DNA of 64,000 nt from Mobula hypostoma (GCF_963921235.1 NC_086097.1:251412001-251476000); one strand, 5' to 3'; counted from the stretch's first letter, positions 1 through 12,403 are shown. The notes: generated by a model not told the origin, from the letters alone. A program made the numbers and translations.

Positions 1-981
1 TAAAACTCTAATAGCGTAATTGATCTACAACTCAAATTAATCAAATATCCATGTTTAGTTCATAGATTTCCAAATGTTTCTTTAATCCTCAATTCTTTTA
101 AAAAATATTGTTGGGCAAACATTTCCAGTGTGCTTGTATCAGATAAAAAATCTTAAAAATTAACATCTGTAAGCTATAATGTGTAGAATAATCATTTTCT
201 GCAATGAAGCTTAGCTCGGGAGTGCAATACCTGAGTGCAGTTCAGAGTTCAAACATACTCAACTTTTATCCAAACGTTTAAGTCCTTTAGATGTTACACT
301 ATTTTTAAATGACAAATACAATATTCCCAAATCTATATTTGTCAGAACATTTGTATATTAAGTTCTCCGCAAAATAAAATGCAGAAGATTATTTCAGTGA
401 TTTTAGCATCAAAATTAGGTTTAGAAATGAAATAAATTTGACTAAGAGTCATAGAGCACTATAACACAGGAACTGGCCTCTCGGCTCAGTCAAACTATTA
501 TTCCATTTTCATTGCATTAGGGGCATTTAAGAAATCATCAGGCAGGCAGATACTTGCTTTCTTGGGCCCTTATTGCCCAGTGGAGCATAGATCATCGTCC
601 TCCTATCTCCATTGTCCTCTGAAGTCGGTGGTATGGTTGGCGTTTGTCAATGCTTCTGCAACCCAATGCATCTGTCTTACAGGGGATTGGCCTGTACAAC
701 TTCGGTTGCCTGTTGGCTGGCCTTACCCATTTCCTCCACACGCGACGGGCACATAGGGTTGAACTTTGAGAGGCAGACAGGCACATGGATGATAGAAAAT
801 GAAGGATTATGTAAGAGGGAAAGGTTAGGCTGATATTAGAGTGGGTTGAAAGGTCAACATAGCATCGCAGGCTGAAGAGCCCGTATGGTGCTGCAGTGTT
901 CAATGTTCCACGTTCTATAGTAATCAGAATCTACAAACATCACTGGCATATGTCACTGCACATAATAATACAGAAACTTTA

Positions 982-1283
982 AAGGCATCCGTTAGTCTTG
1001 CGAGACCATGGATCTGCGCCTGGAAAGTCTTCACTCTCCAGGGCGTAGGCCTGGGCAAGGTTGCATGGAAGACCAGCATACATGCTGCAAGTCTCCCCTC
1101 TCCACGACACCAATGTTGTCCAAGTGAAGGGCAAGGGCCGATACAGCTTGGCACCAGTGTCGTCGCAGAGCACTGTGTGGTTAAGTGCCTTGCTCAAGGA
1201 CACAACACGCTGCCTTGGCTGGGGCTCGAACTCATGATCTTCAGGTCGCTAGTCCAATGCCTTAACCACTTGGCCATGTGCCC
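982..1283 (-). mobile_element. tRNA-derived SINE with CORE-like middle and RTE-type tail
   Basis: Minus strand: tggccaagtggttaagg (A box), gagttcgagcc (B box), gtgtccttgagcaaggcacttaacc, then atccatggtctcgcaagactaacggatgcct tail. Confidence 0.65.
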
Positions 1284-1649
1284 AGAAAAGAGAACCAAAA
1301 AAAAGATTGGTAGTGTACATGGGTTCATTGTCTATTCCGAAATGGTGGAGGGGAAGAAGCTGTTCCTGAAATGTTGAGTGTGTGTTTTCAAGCTCCTGTA
1401 CCTCCTCCCTGATGGTAGAAACAAGGCATGTCCTGGGTGACGGGGTCCTTCATGATGGACGCCTCCTTTCTGAGGCATTGCTCCTTGAAGGTGTCCTCGA
1501 TGCTGGGGAGGCTGGTGCCCGTGATGGAGCTGACTGAGTTCACAACTTTCTGCAGCTTTTTCCAATCCTGTGCAGTGACCCCTCCGTACCAGGCAGGGTT
1601 TGAAAAATACTCCTCCTCAAACAGCTCTACCACATTGGCCTCCGCAAAT

Positions 1650-2235
1650 CAAAGTGTTGAGTTCAGCAGATGGGATGTCATGTTGAAGATGTGTAAGATG
1701 TTGGTGAGCCATATTTGGAGTACTGTGTCCAGCTATGGTCTCCTACCTACAGGAAACTTATTAATAAGATTTAAAGAATACAGAGAAAATTTACAAGGAT
1801 GTTGTTGGGACTCGAGGACCTGAGTTATAGGGAAAGGGTGAATAGGTTAGAATTTTATTTCCTCGAGCATAGGAGATTGAGGGAGATATGATGGAGGTAT
1901 ACTAAATTATGGGTAGAGATAGGGTAAATGCAAGCAGGTTTTTACCACTGAGTTTGGGTGAGACGAGAACTAGAGGTCATGGGTTAAGGGTGAAGGGTGA
2001 AATGTTTAAGGAGAAACTGAGGGGGAAGTTTTTCACCCAGAGGATGGCGAAAGTGTAGGACGAGCTGCCAGCGGAGGTGGTGAATGCAAGCTTGGTTTCA
2101 ACGTTTAAGAGAAGCTTGGATAAGTACATGGAGGGATATGGAGGACTATGGTCCAGGTGCAGGTTGATGGGACTGGGCATGGATTAGATGGGCTGAAGGG
2201 CCTGTTTCTGTGCTGTAGTGTTCTATGACTCTATA
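1650..2235 (+). mobile_element. Degraded CR1 3' end
   Basis: actagaggtcatgggttaaggg..gggcctgtttctgtgctgta..ttctatg tail. Confidence 0.75.
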
Positions 2236-2566
2236 GAATTCAGCTAACAGGTCAGGAATTGTAAAATGGGAGTGGGATGGACTGAGGAAGAGGTTTTAAT
2301 TGAAGCAGATATAACACACAACACCTTCTCAAGAGTTCAAAGTAAATACAAAAAACACAATAGAGTCAATGACAGACTGCACCCAACAGGATGGACAAAC
2401 AACCAATGTGTAAAAGACAACAAACTGCAAATACAAAATAAATGCACTTTATTATTTGTTAATTTATTTGTGGTAATACTATTTTATGTGCCATGGGTGA
2501 GTTATATGTACTGTGTTGTGCACCTTAGTCTGGAGGAATGTTATTTCGTTTGGACGTTTACACGTG

Positions 2567-3408
2567 TGTCACGATGTGCGCTGGCAATATCGGAACCCAA
2601 GTGCAGAAGAAAGGCAGTTTTGGATGCAGAGACAGCAATCAAAGTTTATTCATAAGAATTCCAAAAGAACATTGGTGGCTCAGCCAAATGGCACTGTGAG
2701 CTGTAACATTCTCAAATCTAGGACCCCATGATTAGCACTAATCTGGCATCCACATAATTAATACAAGTAACATGGAACCCCAAGCCTATCAAAATAAACT
2801 TAAGTTTAAACAGAAAGCTCCAGGAGACTGCATTACAAAGAGCAAATCACTCAAGAAAAAAACAAAACAAACCCTAAATAATTTTATCCTCTCTTTAAAC
2901 AACAATTAACCAATTCAGGTGCTCTTAAAACCTTGGAGCCCAATTCTCTCTGGCGCCCCACACAGGTCAGAAGAGCTCATTACTGTACCCCCTCTCTCTG
3001 GCCGGCATCTGATGGCCCAGGGAAATCTGGGGAACTTCAGGAGCAGTGGAACATTGAATTAGTTTGGGAAACCTGGAGAGCCAGAAACTTTGACTATCTG
3101 GAGGGTCAGGAACCTTGATGACACGGAAAAGGCCTTGAACATATAATGGAGAAGCTCAGAACATGGACCTAAGAAACTTGGAAAGTTGACAAGAAAAGTT
3201 CAGGACGTGGACTTGAGAAAGTCAGAACATAGACTAGAGACACTTGGAACATAGACTCAGAATGTGGACTTGAGAATAGATGACATTCTCACGTACAGCC
3301 AACCGATCTCAAACCGTCGCCGTTTAACCTCCACTGGGTCCACTGCTTAGCGGGCCCTTCTGTCTCAATGCGCATTGGCAATGTTCAAACCCAAGTGCAG
3401 AAGAAAGA
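2567..3408 (-). mobile_element. Small non-autonomous Gypsy-type LTR element (one full LTR, one truncated LTR)
   Basis: TGTCACG start at 2567 repeated as TGTCTCA..aacccaagtgcagaagaaag at 3361; PPT complement gtaccccctctctct at 2985; internal ~20-bp minisatellite. Confidence 0.5.
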
Positions 3409-3509
3409 TAGACTTCAATCCAGCCACCCCAGACATTCCCTCTTCTCCCCTCTACGAAAGCCTGAAAGCATGTACCACCAGGCTCAAGGACAGATTCTAC
3501 CCACTATTA

Positions 3510-4020
3510 TAAGAGTAGGGTTGAGGGATTTGGAGAATAGGAGTTTGAGAAGACTTGGTGTGTCACCATGAATTCTCACAAATTTCTACAGATGAACCGT
3601 GGAGAACATTCTGACTGGTTGCATCACCATCTGGAGGGGTCGTTGCACAGAATCAGAAAACCCCGCCGAGGGTTTTGCAGATTCTGACAGCTCCATCATG
3701 GGCACTGGCCTCTCCAGCGTCAAGAACACAACATACGGACCCTCATCACCCAGACATGCCCTCTTCTCATCACTACCATCAAGGTGGAGATACAGACAGG
3801 ATCCTGAAGGCACACACTCAGCATTTCAGGAACAGCTTCTTCCCTCCGCCATCAGATTTCTGAATAGACAATGAACCCATAAACACTACCTCGATGCCTT
3901 TTCTCTTTCTTAGCGCTACCTATTGCGTTTAATTTGTTTAAATATATTTCTTATTGTTAATTGTAAAAACAACAAATTTCATGAAATATGCCAGTGATAT
4001 TAAACGTGATTCTGATTCTG
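3510..4020 (+). mobile_element. Rex1/Babar LINE 3' fragment
   Basis: ENILTGCITIW..HALFSSLPS..FRNSFFP peptides; gattct tail. Many similar fragments (1290-1590, 14350-14990, 40100-40860, 43600-44380, 45210-45790, 62480-63110). Confidence 0.75.
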
Positions 4021-4309
4021 ACTATAAGACGGTTCCCTAGAATGATAAAATGGACTCATAATTCACCTCATTAAGCTCTTACACTTTAACATTTACCAGC
4101 ACTGCACTTTCTATGTAGCTGTTACACTTAATTTTGCATTAGTATTGTTCCACCTTTTTTTTCCACCTCAGTGCGCTGTGTAATGATCAGTACTGCATGA
4201 ACAGTGGACAAGACCAGTTTTTCATTATATCTTGGTGCATGTGAACTCTGCACACAGACAGTCCCAAGCCCGGCTGTGAAAAGAGGAGGGTTAAACATGT
4301 GGCTAGCAA

Positions 4310-5650
4310 CCCCATAGAACATAGAACATAGAAATCTACAGGCCCAAAGTTGTGTCGAACATGTAACCTACTCTAGAAACTGCCTAGAATTTCCCTAGCA
4401 CATAGCCCTCTATTTTTCTAAGCTCTATGTACCTATCTAAGAGTCTCTTAAAAGACCCTAATGTATCCACCTCCACCACTGCCACCGGCAGCCCATTCCA
4501 TACACCCACCACTCTCTGTGTGAAAAACTTACCCCTGACATCTCCTCTGTACCTACTTCCAAGCACCTTAAAACTGTGCCCCCTCATGTTAGCCATTTCA
4601 ACCCTGGGAAAAAGCCACCGACTATCCACATGATCAATGCCCCTCATCATCTTATACACCTCTATCAGGTCACCTCTCATCCTCCGTCTCTCCAAGGAGA
4701 AAAGGCCAAGTTCACTCAATCTATTCTCATAAGGTACACCCTCCAATCCAGGCAACATCCTTGTAAGTCTCCTCTGCACTCTCTCTATAGTATCCACATC
4801 CTTCCTGTCCTGAGGTGACCAGTAATCCAAGTGAGGTCTGACCAAGGTCTTATATAGCTGTAACATTACCTCATGGTCCTTGACCTAAATCTCTCGGTTG
4901 ATTAATGCTAACACACCATATACCTTCTTAACAACACTGTCAAACTGCACAGCAGTTCTGAGTGTCCCATGGACTCAGACCCCAAGATCTCGCTAGTCCT
5001 CCACACTGCCAAGAGTCTTACCATTAATATTATATTCTGTCTTCAAATTTGACCTACCAAAATGAACCACTTCACATTTATTTGGGTTGAATTCCATCTG
5101 TCACTTCTCAGCCCGGTTCTGCATTCTATTGATGTCCTTCCGTAACCTCTGACAACCCTCCAGATTATCCACAACACCCCCACCCTTTGCGTCATCAGCA
5201 AACTTACTAACCCACCCTTCGACTTCTTCATCCAGGTTATTTGTAAAAAATCATAAAGAGGAGGGGTCCCAGAACAGATCCCTGCAGAACACCACTGGTG
5301 ACCAGCCTCCATACAGAATACAAACCATCTACAACCACTGTTTGCCTTCTGTGAGCAAACCAATTCTGGATCCACAAAGGAAGGTCTCCTTGGATCCCGT
5401 GCCTCCTTACTTTCTGAATGAATCTTGCATGGGGAACCTTATCAAATGCCTTACTGAAATCCATATACACTACATCCACTGCTCTATCTTCATGAATGTG
5501 TTTTGTTATAGTCTCAAAGAATTCAGTCTCGCTCATAAGGCATGACCTGCCCTTGACAAAGCCATGCTGACTATCTCTAATCAGATTATCTCTCTCCAAA
5601 TGCTCGTCAATCCTGCCTCTCAGGATCTTCTCCAACAACTTGTCCACCAC
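4310..5650 (-). mobile_element. CR1 LINE 3' portion (RT), frameshifted
   Basis: QHGFVKGRSC, VYMDFSKAFDKVPH, SGVLQGSVLGP and TRGHS-type C-terminal motifs; (ctatgtt)n tail. Confidence 0.9.
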
Positions 5651-6319
5651 ATCCTGTACAAAAAAACAATACTTGGAGACACCTGTTGCGGCTGCCAGGG
5701 AAGGAGAAGCTGGAGCTGGCTATGGATTTCCACCCCCCCATCAGTGCTGCCCTCTAGTGCTCACTCTGTGGGAGACAAGCTGGATTGCGTTTGCATGAGA
5801 TCAAACACTGCTTCAGGTTTATTCTTGCAGAAACGTGGCTCCAGGGCTATCATCCCATGCACTATCAATCTACAGGTCATAACACTCAGGGATTTAGGCT
5901 ATGTTAAAATTATTTGCAACTGTGTGCTTTTCTGCTATGATAATTAAATGTGCTGTGAGGTACGTGTGACTGTTGATATTGTGTTTTGCATCCTGGCCCC
6001 AAATGAATGCTGTTTTATTTGGCTGTATTCATGGGTATGGCTGAATGAACTTAAATAAAGATGCCCCTGATCTTCCATTTGCTTGTCACTTGTTTCTCGT
6101 GCTAAGGAGCAAAGTAATTACAACCCTCAAGACCAGAAAACAATGACCAGGCTGGCAGATCATTCACTACTTTAAAACCACACTCAATCTTGCTTTCTGT
6201 TGCAGTCCGTCTCACGTAATCACTGGCTCTTTCCCTGAGGAACTTACTACAGAGAGATTGTACTTGCCTCTGCACTTAGTCCTCATACAACATCCAAATG
6301 TCCTCTGTTAGAAGGGGCA

Positions 6320-6800
6320 ACAAGAACAAAATGCTGGAGGAACTCAGCAAGTTAGGTATCACGTATGGGAATGAATAAACAGTCAACATTTTGGACCAAG
6401 TGGAAAGGAAGAGGGCAGAAGCCAGAATAAGAAATTGGAACAAGGAGAAGCAGTACAAGATAGGTGAGAGTCGGTGAGGGGGAAGGTGGGTGGTTTGGGG
6501 GAGGGGGGCACAGGTCAATGAAGTAAGAAGTTTGGAGGTGATTGGTGGAAGAGGTAAAGGGCTGAAGAAGGAGGAATCTGATAGGAGAGGTGAGTGGACA
6601 ATGGGAGAAAGGCAGGGGAAGCTGAGGAGTGTAATGGGCAGAAGAAGGGAAGAGGAGAGAGGGAACCAGAGTGGGAAATGGAAAAAGAGAGAAGGGGTAG
6701 GGGCAGAAAGCACAGGAAGTTAGAAACTGACGTTCATGCCATTAGGTTGTAGGCTCACCAGACGGAATATGAAGTGTTGATCCTCCAACCAGGGTGTGGC
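6320..6800 (-). mobile_element. Older PLE 3' fragment
   Basis: aaaatgctggaggaactcagca end, purine-rich tract and GIY-YIG C-terminal remnant. Confidence 0.65.
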
Positions 6801-7023
6801 AGCATAATATAATGAGACTCAGTGTGAGACTGTTAGAAGGAATAACAGCAAACATCAAACATTTTCTTTAAAACATGAACAGAGCATGAGTAGAATGGGC
6901 TGTACAGTTATGAGTAACTGCCAAAAGATATATTGCTGTTAGCCTTTATGAATCATTGATGCCTTTTGCCACTGACAATAAGCCCATGATTATAGTGTAC
7001 ACAGGAATACTCACCATTGAAAT

Positions 7024-7433
7024 ATAGAAACATAGAAAATAGGTGCAGGAGTAGGCCATTCGGCCCTTCGAGCCTGCACCGCCATTTATTATGATCATGG
7101 CTGATCATCCAACTCAGAACCCAGCCTTCCCTCCATACCCCGTGACCCCTGTAGCCACAAGGGCCATATCTAACTTCCTTTTAAACATAGCTAATGAACT
7201 GGCCTCAACAGTTTGCTGTGGCAGAGAATTCCACAGATTCACCACTCTCTGTGTGAAGAAGTTTTTCCTAACCTCGGTCCTAAAAGGCTTCCCCTCTATC
7301 CTCAAACTGTGACCCCTCGTTCTAGACCTCCCCAACATCGGGAACAATCTTCCCGCATCTAGCCTGTCCAATCCCTTTAGGATCTTATACGTTTCAATCA
7401 GATCCCCCCTCAATCTTCTAAATTCCAACGAGT
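7024..7433 (-). mobile_element. Young CR1 3' end
   Basis: RLRGDLIETYK..TRGHSLRI..RVVNLWNSLP; tttctatg tail. Confidence 0.9.
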
Positions 7434-7474
7434 TTAGATTTTCACCGCCTGCTGTACCTGCATGCCCACTTTCA

Positions 7475-8210
7475 ATTAGGAAAAGGGGAGGTGCAACGAG
7501 ACCTGGGTGTCATTATACACCAGTCATTGAAAGTGGGCATGCAGGTACAGCAGGCGGTGAAAAAGGTGAATGGTATGCTGGCATTTATAGCGAGAGGATT
7601 CGAGTACAGGAGCAGGGAGGTACTACTGCAGTTGTACAAGGCCTTGGTGAGACCACACCTGGAGTATTGTGTGCAGTTTTGGTCCCCTAATCTGAGGAAA
7701 GACACTCTTGCCATAGAGGGAGTACAAAGAAGGTTCACCAGATTGATTCCTGGGATGGCAGGGCTTTCATATGAAGAAAGACTGGATGAACTGGGCTTGT
7801 ACTCGTTGGAATTTAGAAGATTGAGGGGAGATCTGATTGAAACGTATAAGATCCTAAAGGGATTGGACAGGCTAGATGCAGGAAGATTGTTCCCGATGTT
7901 GGGGAAGTCCAGAACGAGGGGCCACAGTTTGAGGATAGAGGGGAAGCCTTTTAGGACCGAGATTAGGAAAAACTTCTTCACACAGAGAGTGGTGAATCCG
8001 TGGAATTCTCTGCCACAGGAAACAGTTGAGGCCAGTTCATTGGCTATATTTAAGAGGGAGTTAGATATGGCCCTTGTGGCTATGGGGGTCAGGGGGTATG
8101 GAGGGAAGGCTGGGTTCTGAGTTGGATGATCAGCCATGATCATAATAAATGGCGGTGCAGGCTCGAAGGGCCGAATGGCCTACTCCTGCACCTATTTTCT
8201 ATGTTTCTAT
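7475..8210 (+). mobile_element. Young CR1 3' end with a 38-bp foldback at its 5' junction
   Basis: Open frame 7491-8120 with CR1 ORF2 C-terminus. Confidence 0.9.
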
Positions 8211-8339
8211 GAAATGAACTCTGATGCCCCATGCTGTAGTAGCATTGCGCTAAAAGCTACATTACCAAGGCACCCCAAAAATTCCGTGATTTTAAATTCC
8301 CAAACTTCTGTGTCAGGATTTGAACTCATATCTCCAAAT

Positions 8340-9075
8340 CATAGAGTCACAGCACAGAGAAAGGACCTTCAGCCCATCTAGTCAGTGCCAACCCATAAAT
8401 CAGCCTAGTCTCATCGACTGTCCTACATACCATCCCACCTAGACATCTATCCAAACTTCTCTTAAATGTTGAATTCAACCTCGTTTCCATTATTTGTGCA
8501 GCTCGATCCACACTCTCACAAGCTTCTGAGTGAAGAAGTCTCCCCTCATGTTCCCCTTAAACTTTTCACCTTTTACCTTTAATCCATGACCCCTGGTTGC
8601 AGTCCCAAGCAACCTCAGTGGAAAAAGCCTACTTGCATTTACCCTGTCTATACTCCTCATGATTCTGCATACCTCTGTCAGATTTCCTCCCAATCTTCTA
8701 CGTTCCAGGGAATAAAGTCCTAACCAATTCAGTGTTTCCCTACAACTCAGGTCCACCAGACCCCGAAACATCCTTGTGAATTTTCCCTGCATTCTTTCAC
8801 TTATATTTACACCTTTCCTATAGGTAGGTGACCAAAACTGCACATAATACAACAAATTAGACCTTACAATTTCAACAGAACACCCTAACTCTTGTACTCA
8901 ATATATTGATTTATGAAGGAGAGTGTGTCAAAAGTTTTCTTTACAACCCTTTCAAGGAACTATGCCACTTTAAAGGAATGATGGATCAGTACATATTCCC
9001 TGATCCCACTGTTCTATCACACTTCTCAGTGCCCGAATGCTCACTGTGTAAAACCTACCCTGGTTGGCCCTACTG
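8340..9075 (-). mobile_element. Older CR1 3' fragment
   Basis: VQFWSP..LYSLERRRL..TRGHGLK peptide. Confidence 0.8.
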
Positions 9076-9249
9076 AAACATTGATCATTCCCTGATCGAT
9101 CAGGGCATCAAAGGATATGGTGAGAAGGCAGGTGTATGGGTTTGAGTGGGATCTGGGATCAGCCACGATGGAATGTCGGAGCAGACTCGATGGGCTGAAT
9201 GGCCTAATTCTGCTCCTGCGTCTTATGGCTTCTTTACCCCTCTTTCAAA

Positions 9250-9870
9250 CCACCCAAACATAAACAGAGCAATATTGTATATGCTATCCAGTGCAATGAG
9301 AACTGCACAGATCTATATATCAGCAAGAGAAAACTTCACATGTGGTTGGATGGCCCAACATATGAGGGCTAACACCTCAGGTCAAGACCTGTCTGTATAT
9401 CTACACCAAAAGGACAAGGGGCACTCCTTTGAACACAACAATGTGCACATTTTGGACAGGGAGGACAGATGGTTTGAACGAGGGGTTAAAGAAGGCATCC
9501 TTGTCAAACTGGAAAACCCATCCCTGAACAGAGAGGGTGGGTATGACACCACTGATCAGCTACTTACAATTCAGTCCTAACATCTCTACCCCAGCATCTT
9601 CACAACAGTTCACATCTCCATTCATACAAAGATAAGACTAATGACCCTCTCATTACCTCTATGACGCTTAACAACCCTCATATGCTTGCTATATCTTTAA
9701 ACAAATCATGGAGCTTATAAACTGGAAAACTACCCGCCATGGATCTGAACTGAAGAAGCCTCTCAGATGAGTGATGAATTGGCTTTTAGACAACACAGCA
9801 AGTCCAGTTGCCTTGATTTACTACTGCTTGATAGACAATGACCTGGATGACTGAGAACCTTCACAGACAT
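9250..9870 (+). mobile_element. Second Penelope family, degraded GIY-YIG 3' end
   Basis: Peptide SGQDLSVYLHQKDKGHSFEHNNVHILDREDRWFERGVKEGILVKLENPSLNREGG; decayed ctgaagaagcctctc hammerhead-like end near 9750. Confidence 0.75.
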
Positions 9871-10734
9871 ATAGGAAACAACACTAGCTATCCTCCAGTC
9901 CTCTGGCACCTCCTTCATGGCTAAGGGTGTTTAAAATATCTCTGCTAGGGCCCCTTTAATTTCTGCACTGTTCTCCCACAGGGTCTAAACTCCATGACAC
10001 GCCCTGGGATTCATCCACCCTGATTTGCCTGAAGAGAGAAAACACCTCTTCGTCTGCGGCATTTCCTTATATCTATAGACTTCTGTCAATGTCCCAAGTA
10101 AATGCAGGTACAAAAGATCTATTTGAGATCTCCCCCCCACCTCTTCAGCTCCATGCATGGATGACCACTCTAATCGTCCAGAGTACCAATTTTGTCCTTT
10201 GCTATCCTTTTGCTCTTAATATATCTGTAGGAGCCCTTTGGATTCTCCTTCACCTTGTCTGCTAGAACAACCTCATGTTGTCTTTTAGCTCTCCTGATTT
10301 CCTTCATAAGTGTTCTCTTGCATTTCTTAAGCCCCTCAAGAACCTCATTTGTTCCTGCCTGCCTATACCTGCTATGCATCTCCCTTTTCTTAACCAGGGC
10401 CTCAATATCTCTTGAAAGCCAAGGTTCCCTAAACCTATTATCTTTGCCTTTTATTCTGACAGGAACACACAAACTCTGTACTCTCAAAATTTCATCTTTG
10501 AAGGCCTCACACTTACTAAGCACACCTTTGCCAGAAAACCAGGTATCCCAATCCCCACTTGCCAGATCCTTTCTGATATCATTAAAATTGGTCTTTCTCC
10601 AATTTAGAACCCTAACCTGCAGACCACACCAATCCTTTTACATAATTACCTTGAAATTAATGGCATTGTGATCACTAGATGCAAAAGGGTCCTCTACACA
10701 AACTTCTGTCTCCCACCTTGTGTCATTCCCCAAT

Positions 10735-11302
10735 GGTTGGTTGGTTGTTCGTCCATCGTTGACGTCGATGAGGTCCTCGACACCATTATGATGGTATCGA
10801 GACTAGCGCGTGATTTGGATTTAAGTGAGGGAGAGTTGCGCAGCGTCAGCCTCACTCTCTCTTCCCAATTCCCATCTGGATCCAGTGGCAAGACAGAGTC
10901 TAGACGGCTGGAGATGGGACTAGGCGCAGTGGATGACCAGGACGTCTTCTGTGTCTTGTCCTGCTCGACACATTCCACGACGCTTGCAAGAGACCGCCTT
11001 CTTGATCGTTGGACCTTCCATGGGTCTCGTCCGCTCAGTCCGCCGGAGTCTGTCTTCACATGCTGGGATAGACAACTCCCTATCTCACTGAGGGTTTGCG
11101 ACCCGTCGGCTACCCTCACCTGGTTTAGCCGGCTTGTCGAAGCCGTTGCCCGGGGTGTGGCCGCTGTCGCATGCAAACAGCTACAGGCAGCCACAGGTGA
11201 GAGCTGAGTGCCAGGTGGGGACCAAAGGTGGACTAACTGCCCTGAAAAGGACGCGACATGTTCCCCCACCAGAGGTGCCACCCCTCCCTGTCACCCCAGA
11301 CA
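10735..11302 (-). mobile_element. Young non-autonomous RTE-derived element (5'UTR + 3' tail)
   Basis: CpG-rich, (AACC)n tail, 7-bp TSD ccccaat at 10728-10734 and 11303-11309; related older copy at 25360-25830. Confidence 0.7.
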
Positions 11303-11377
11303 CCCCAATAGGAGATCCAGTATCACACTATCTCTAGTTTGGGTACTGATTAAGAAAACTTTCCTGAACACATTCAA

Positions 11378-12403
11378 ACGGTATTGGGGGTAAGGTATTG
11401 GTGTGGGTGGAGAATTGGTTAGCAGACAGGAAGCAAAGAGTGGGAATAAACGGACCTTTTCAGAATGGCAGGCGGTGACTAGTGGGGTACCGCAAGGCTC
11501 AGTGCTGGGACCCCAGTTGTTTACAATATATATTAATGACTTGGATGAGGGAATTAAATGCAGCATCTCCAAGTTTGCGGATGACACGAAGCTGGGTGGC
11601 AGTGTTAGCAGTGAGGAGGATGCTAAGAGGATGCAGGGTGACTTGGATAGGTTGGGTGAGTGGGCAAACTCATGGCAGATGCAATTTAATGTGGATAAAT
11701 GTGAAGTTATCCACTTTGGTGGCAAAAATAGGAAAACAGATTATTATCTGAATGGTGGCCGATTAGGAAAAGGGGAGGTGCAACGAGACCTGGGTGTCAT
11801 TATACACCAGTCATTGAAAGTGGGCATGCAGGTACAGCAGGCGGTGAAAAAGGCGAACGGTATGCTGGCATTTATAGCGAGAGGATTCGAGTACAGGAGC
11901 AGGGAGGTACTACTGCAGTTGTTCACCAGATTGATTCCTGGGATGGCAGGTCTTTCATATGAAGAAAGACTGGATGAACTGGGCTTGTACTCGTTGGAAT
12001 TTAGAAGATTGAGGGGGATCTGATTGAAACGTATAAGATCCTAAAGGGATTGGACAGGCTAGATGCAGGAAGATTGTTCCCGATGTTGGGGAGGTCTAGA
12101 ACGAGGGGTCACAGTTTGAGGATAGAGGGGAAGCCTTTTAGGACCGAGGTTAGGAAAAACTTCTTCACACAGAGAGTGGTGAATCTGTGGAATTCTCTGC
12201 CACAGCAAACTGTTGAGGCCAGTTCATTAGCTATGTTTAAAAGGAAGTTAGATATGGCCCTTGTGGCTACAGGGGTCAGGGGGTATGGAGGGAAGGCTGG
12301 GTTCTGAGTTGGATGATCAGCCATGATCATAATAAATGGCGGTGCAGGCTCGAAGGGCCGAATGGCCTACTCCTGCACCTATTTTCTATGTTTCTATGTT
12401 TCT
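11378..12403 (+). mobile_element. Young CR1 3' end with a 99-bp internal deletion
   Basis: SGVPQGSVLGP, KFADDTKLGG RT motifs; tttctatg tail. Confidence 0.9.

Noticed and set aside
1..440. Unique AT-rich stretch at window start as possible UTR or exon of a neighbouring gene
   Set aside because: No ORF, splice pattern or recognisable homology visible.
3150..3280. Regularly spaced short repeats (CRISPR-like?)
   Set aside because: Degenerate tandem minisatellite without unique spacers, in eukaryotic DNA with no cas genes.
7472..8143. Repeated MIMADHPTQNP... ORFs
   Set aside because: Antisense frames of CR1 ORF2 3' ends.
10668..11281. Long ORFs on both strands (179 and 195 aa)
   Set aside because: They lie within a TSD-flanked RTE-derived repeat and have no protein motifs; openness is attributable to GC content and youth.
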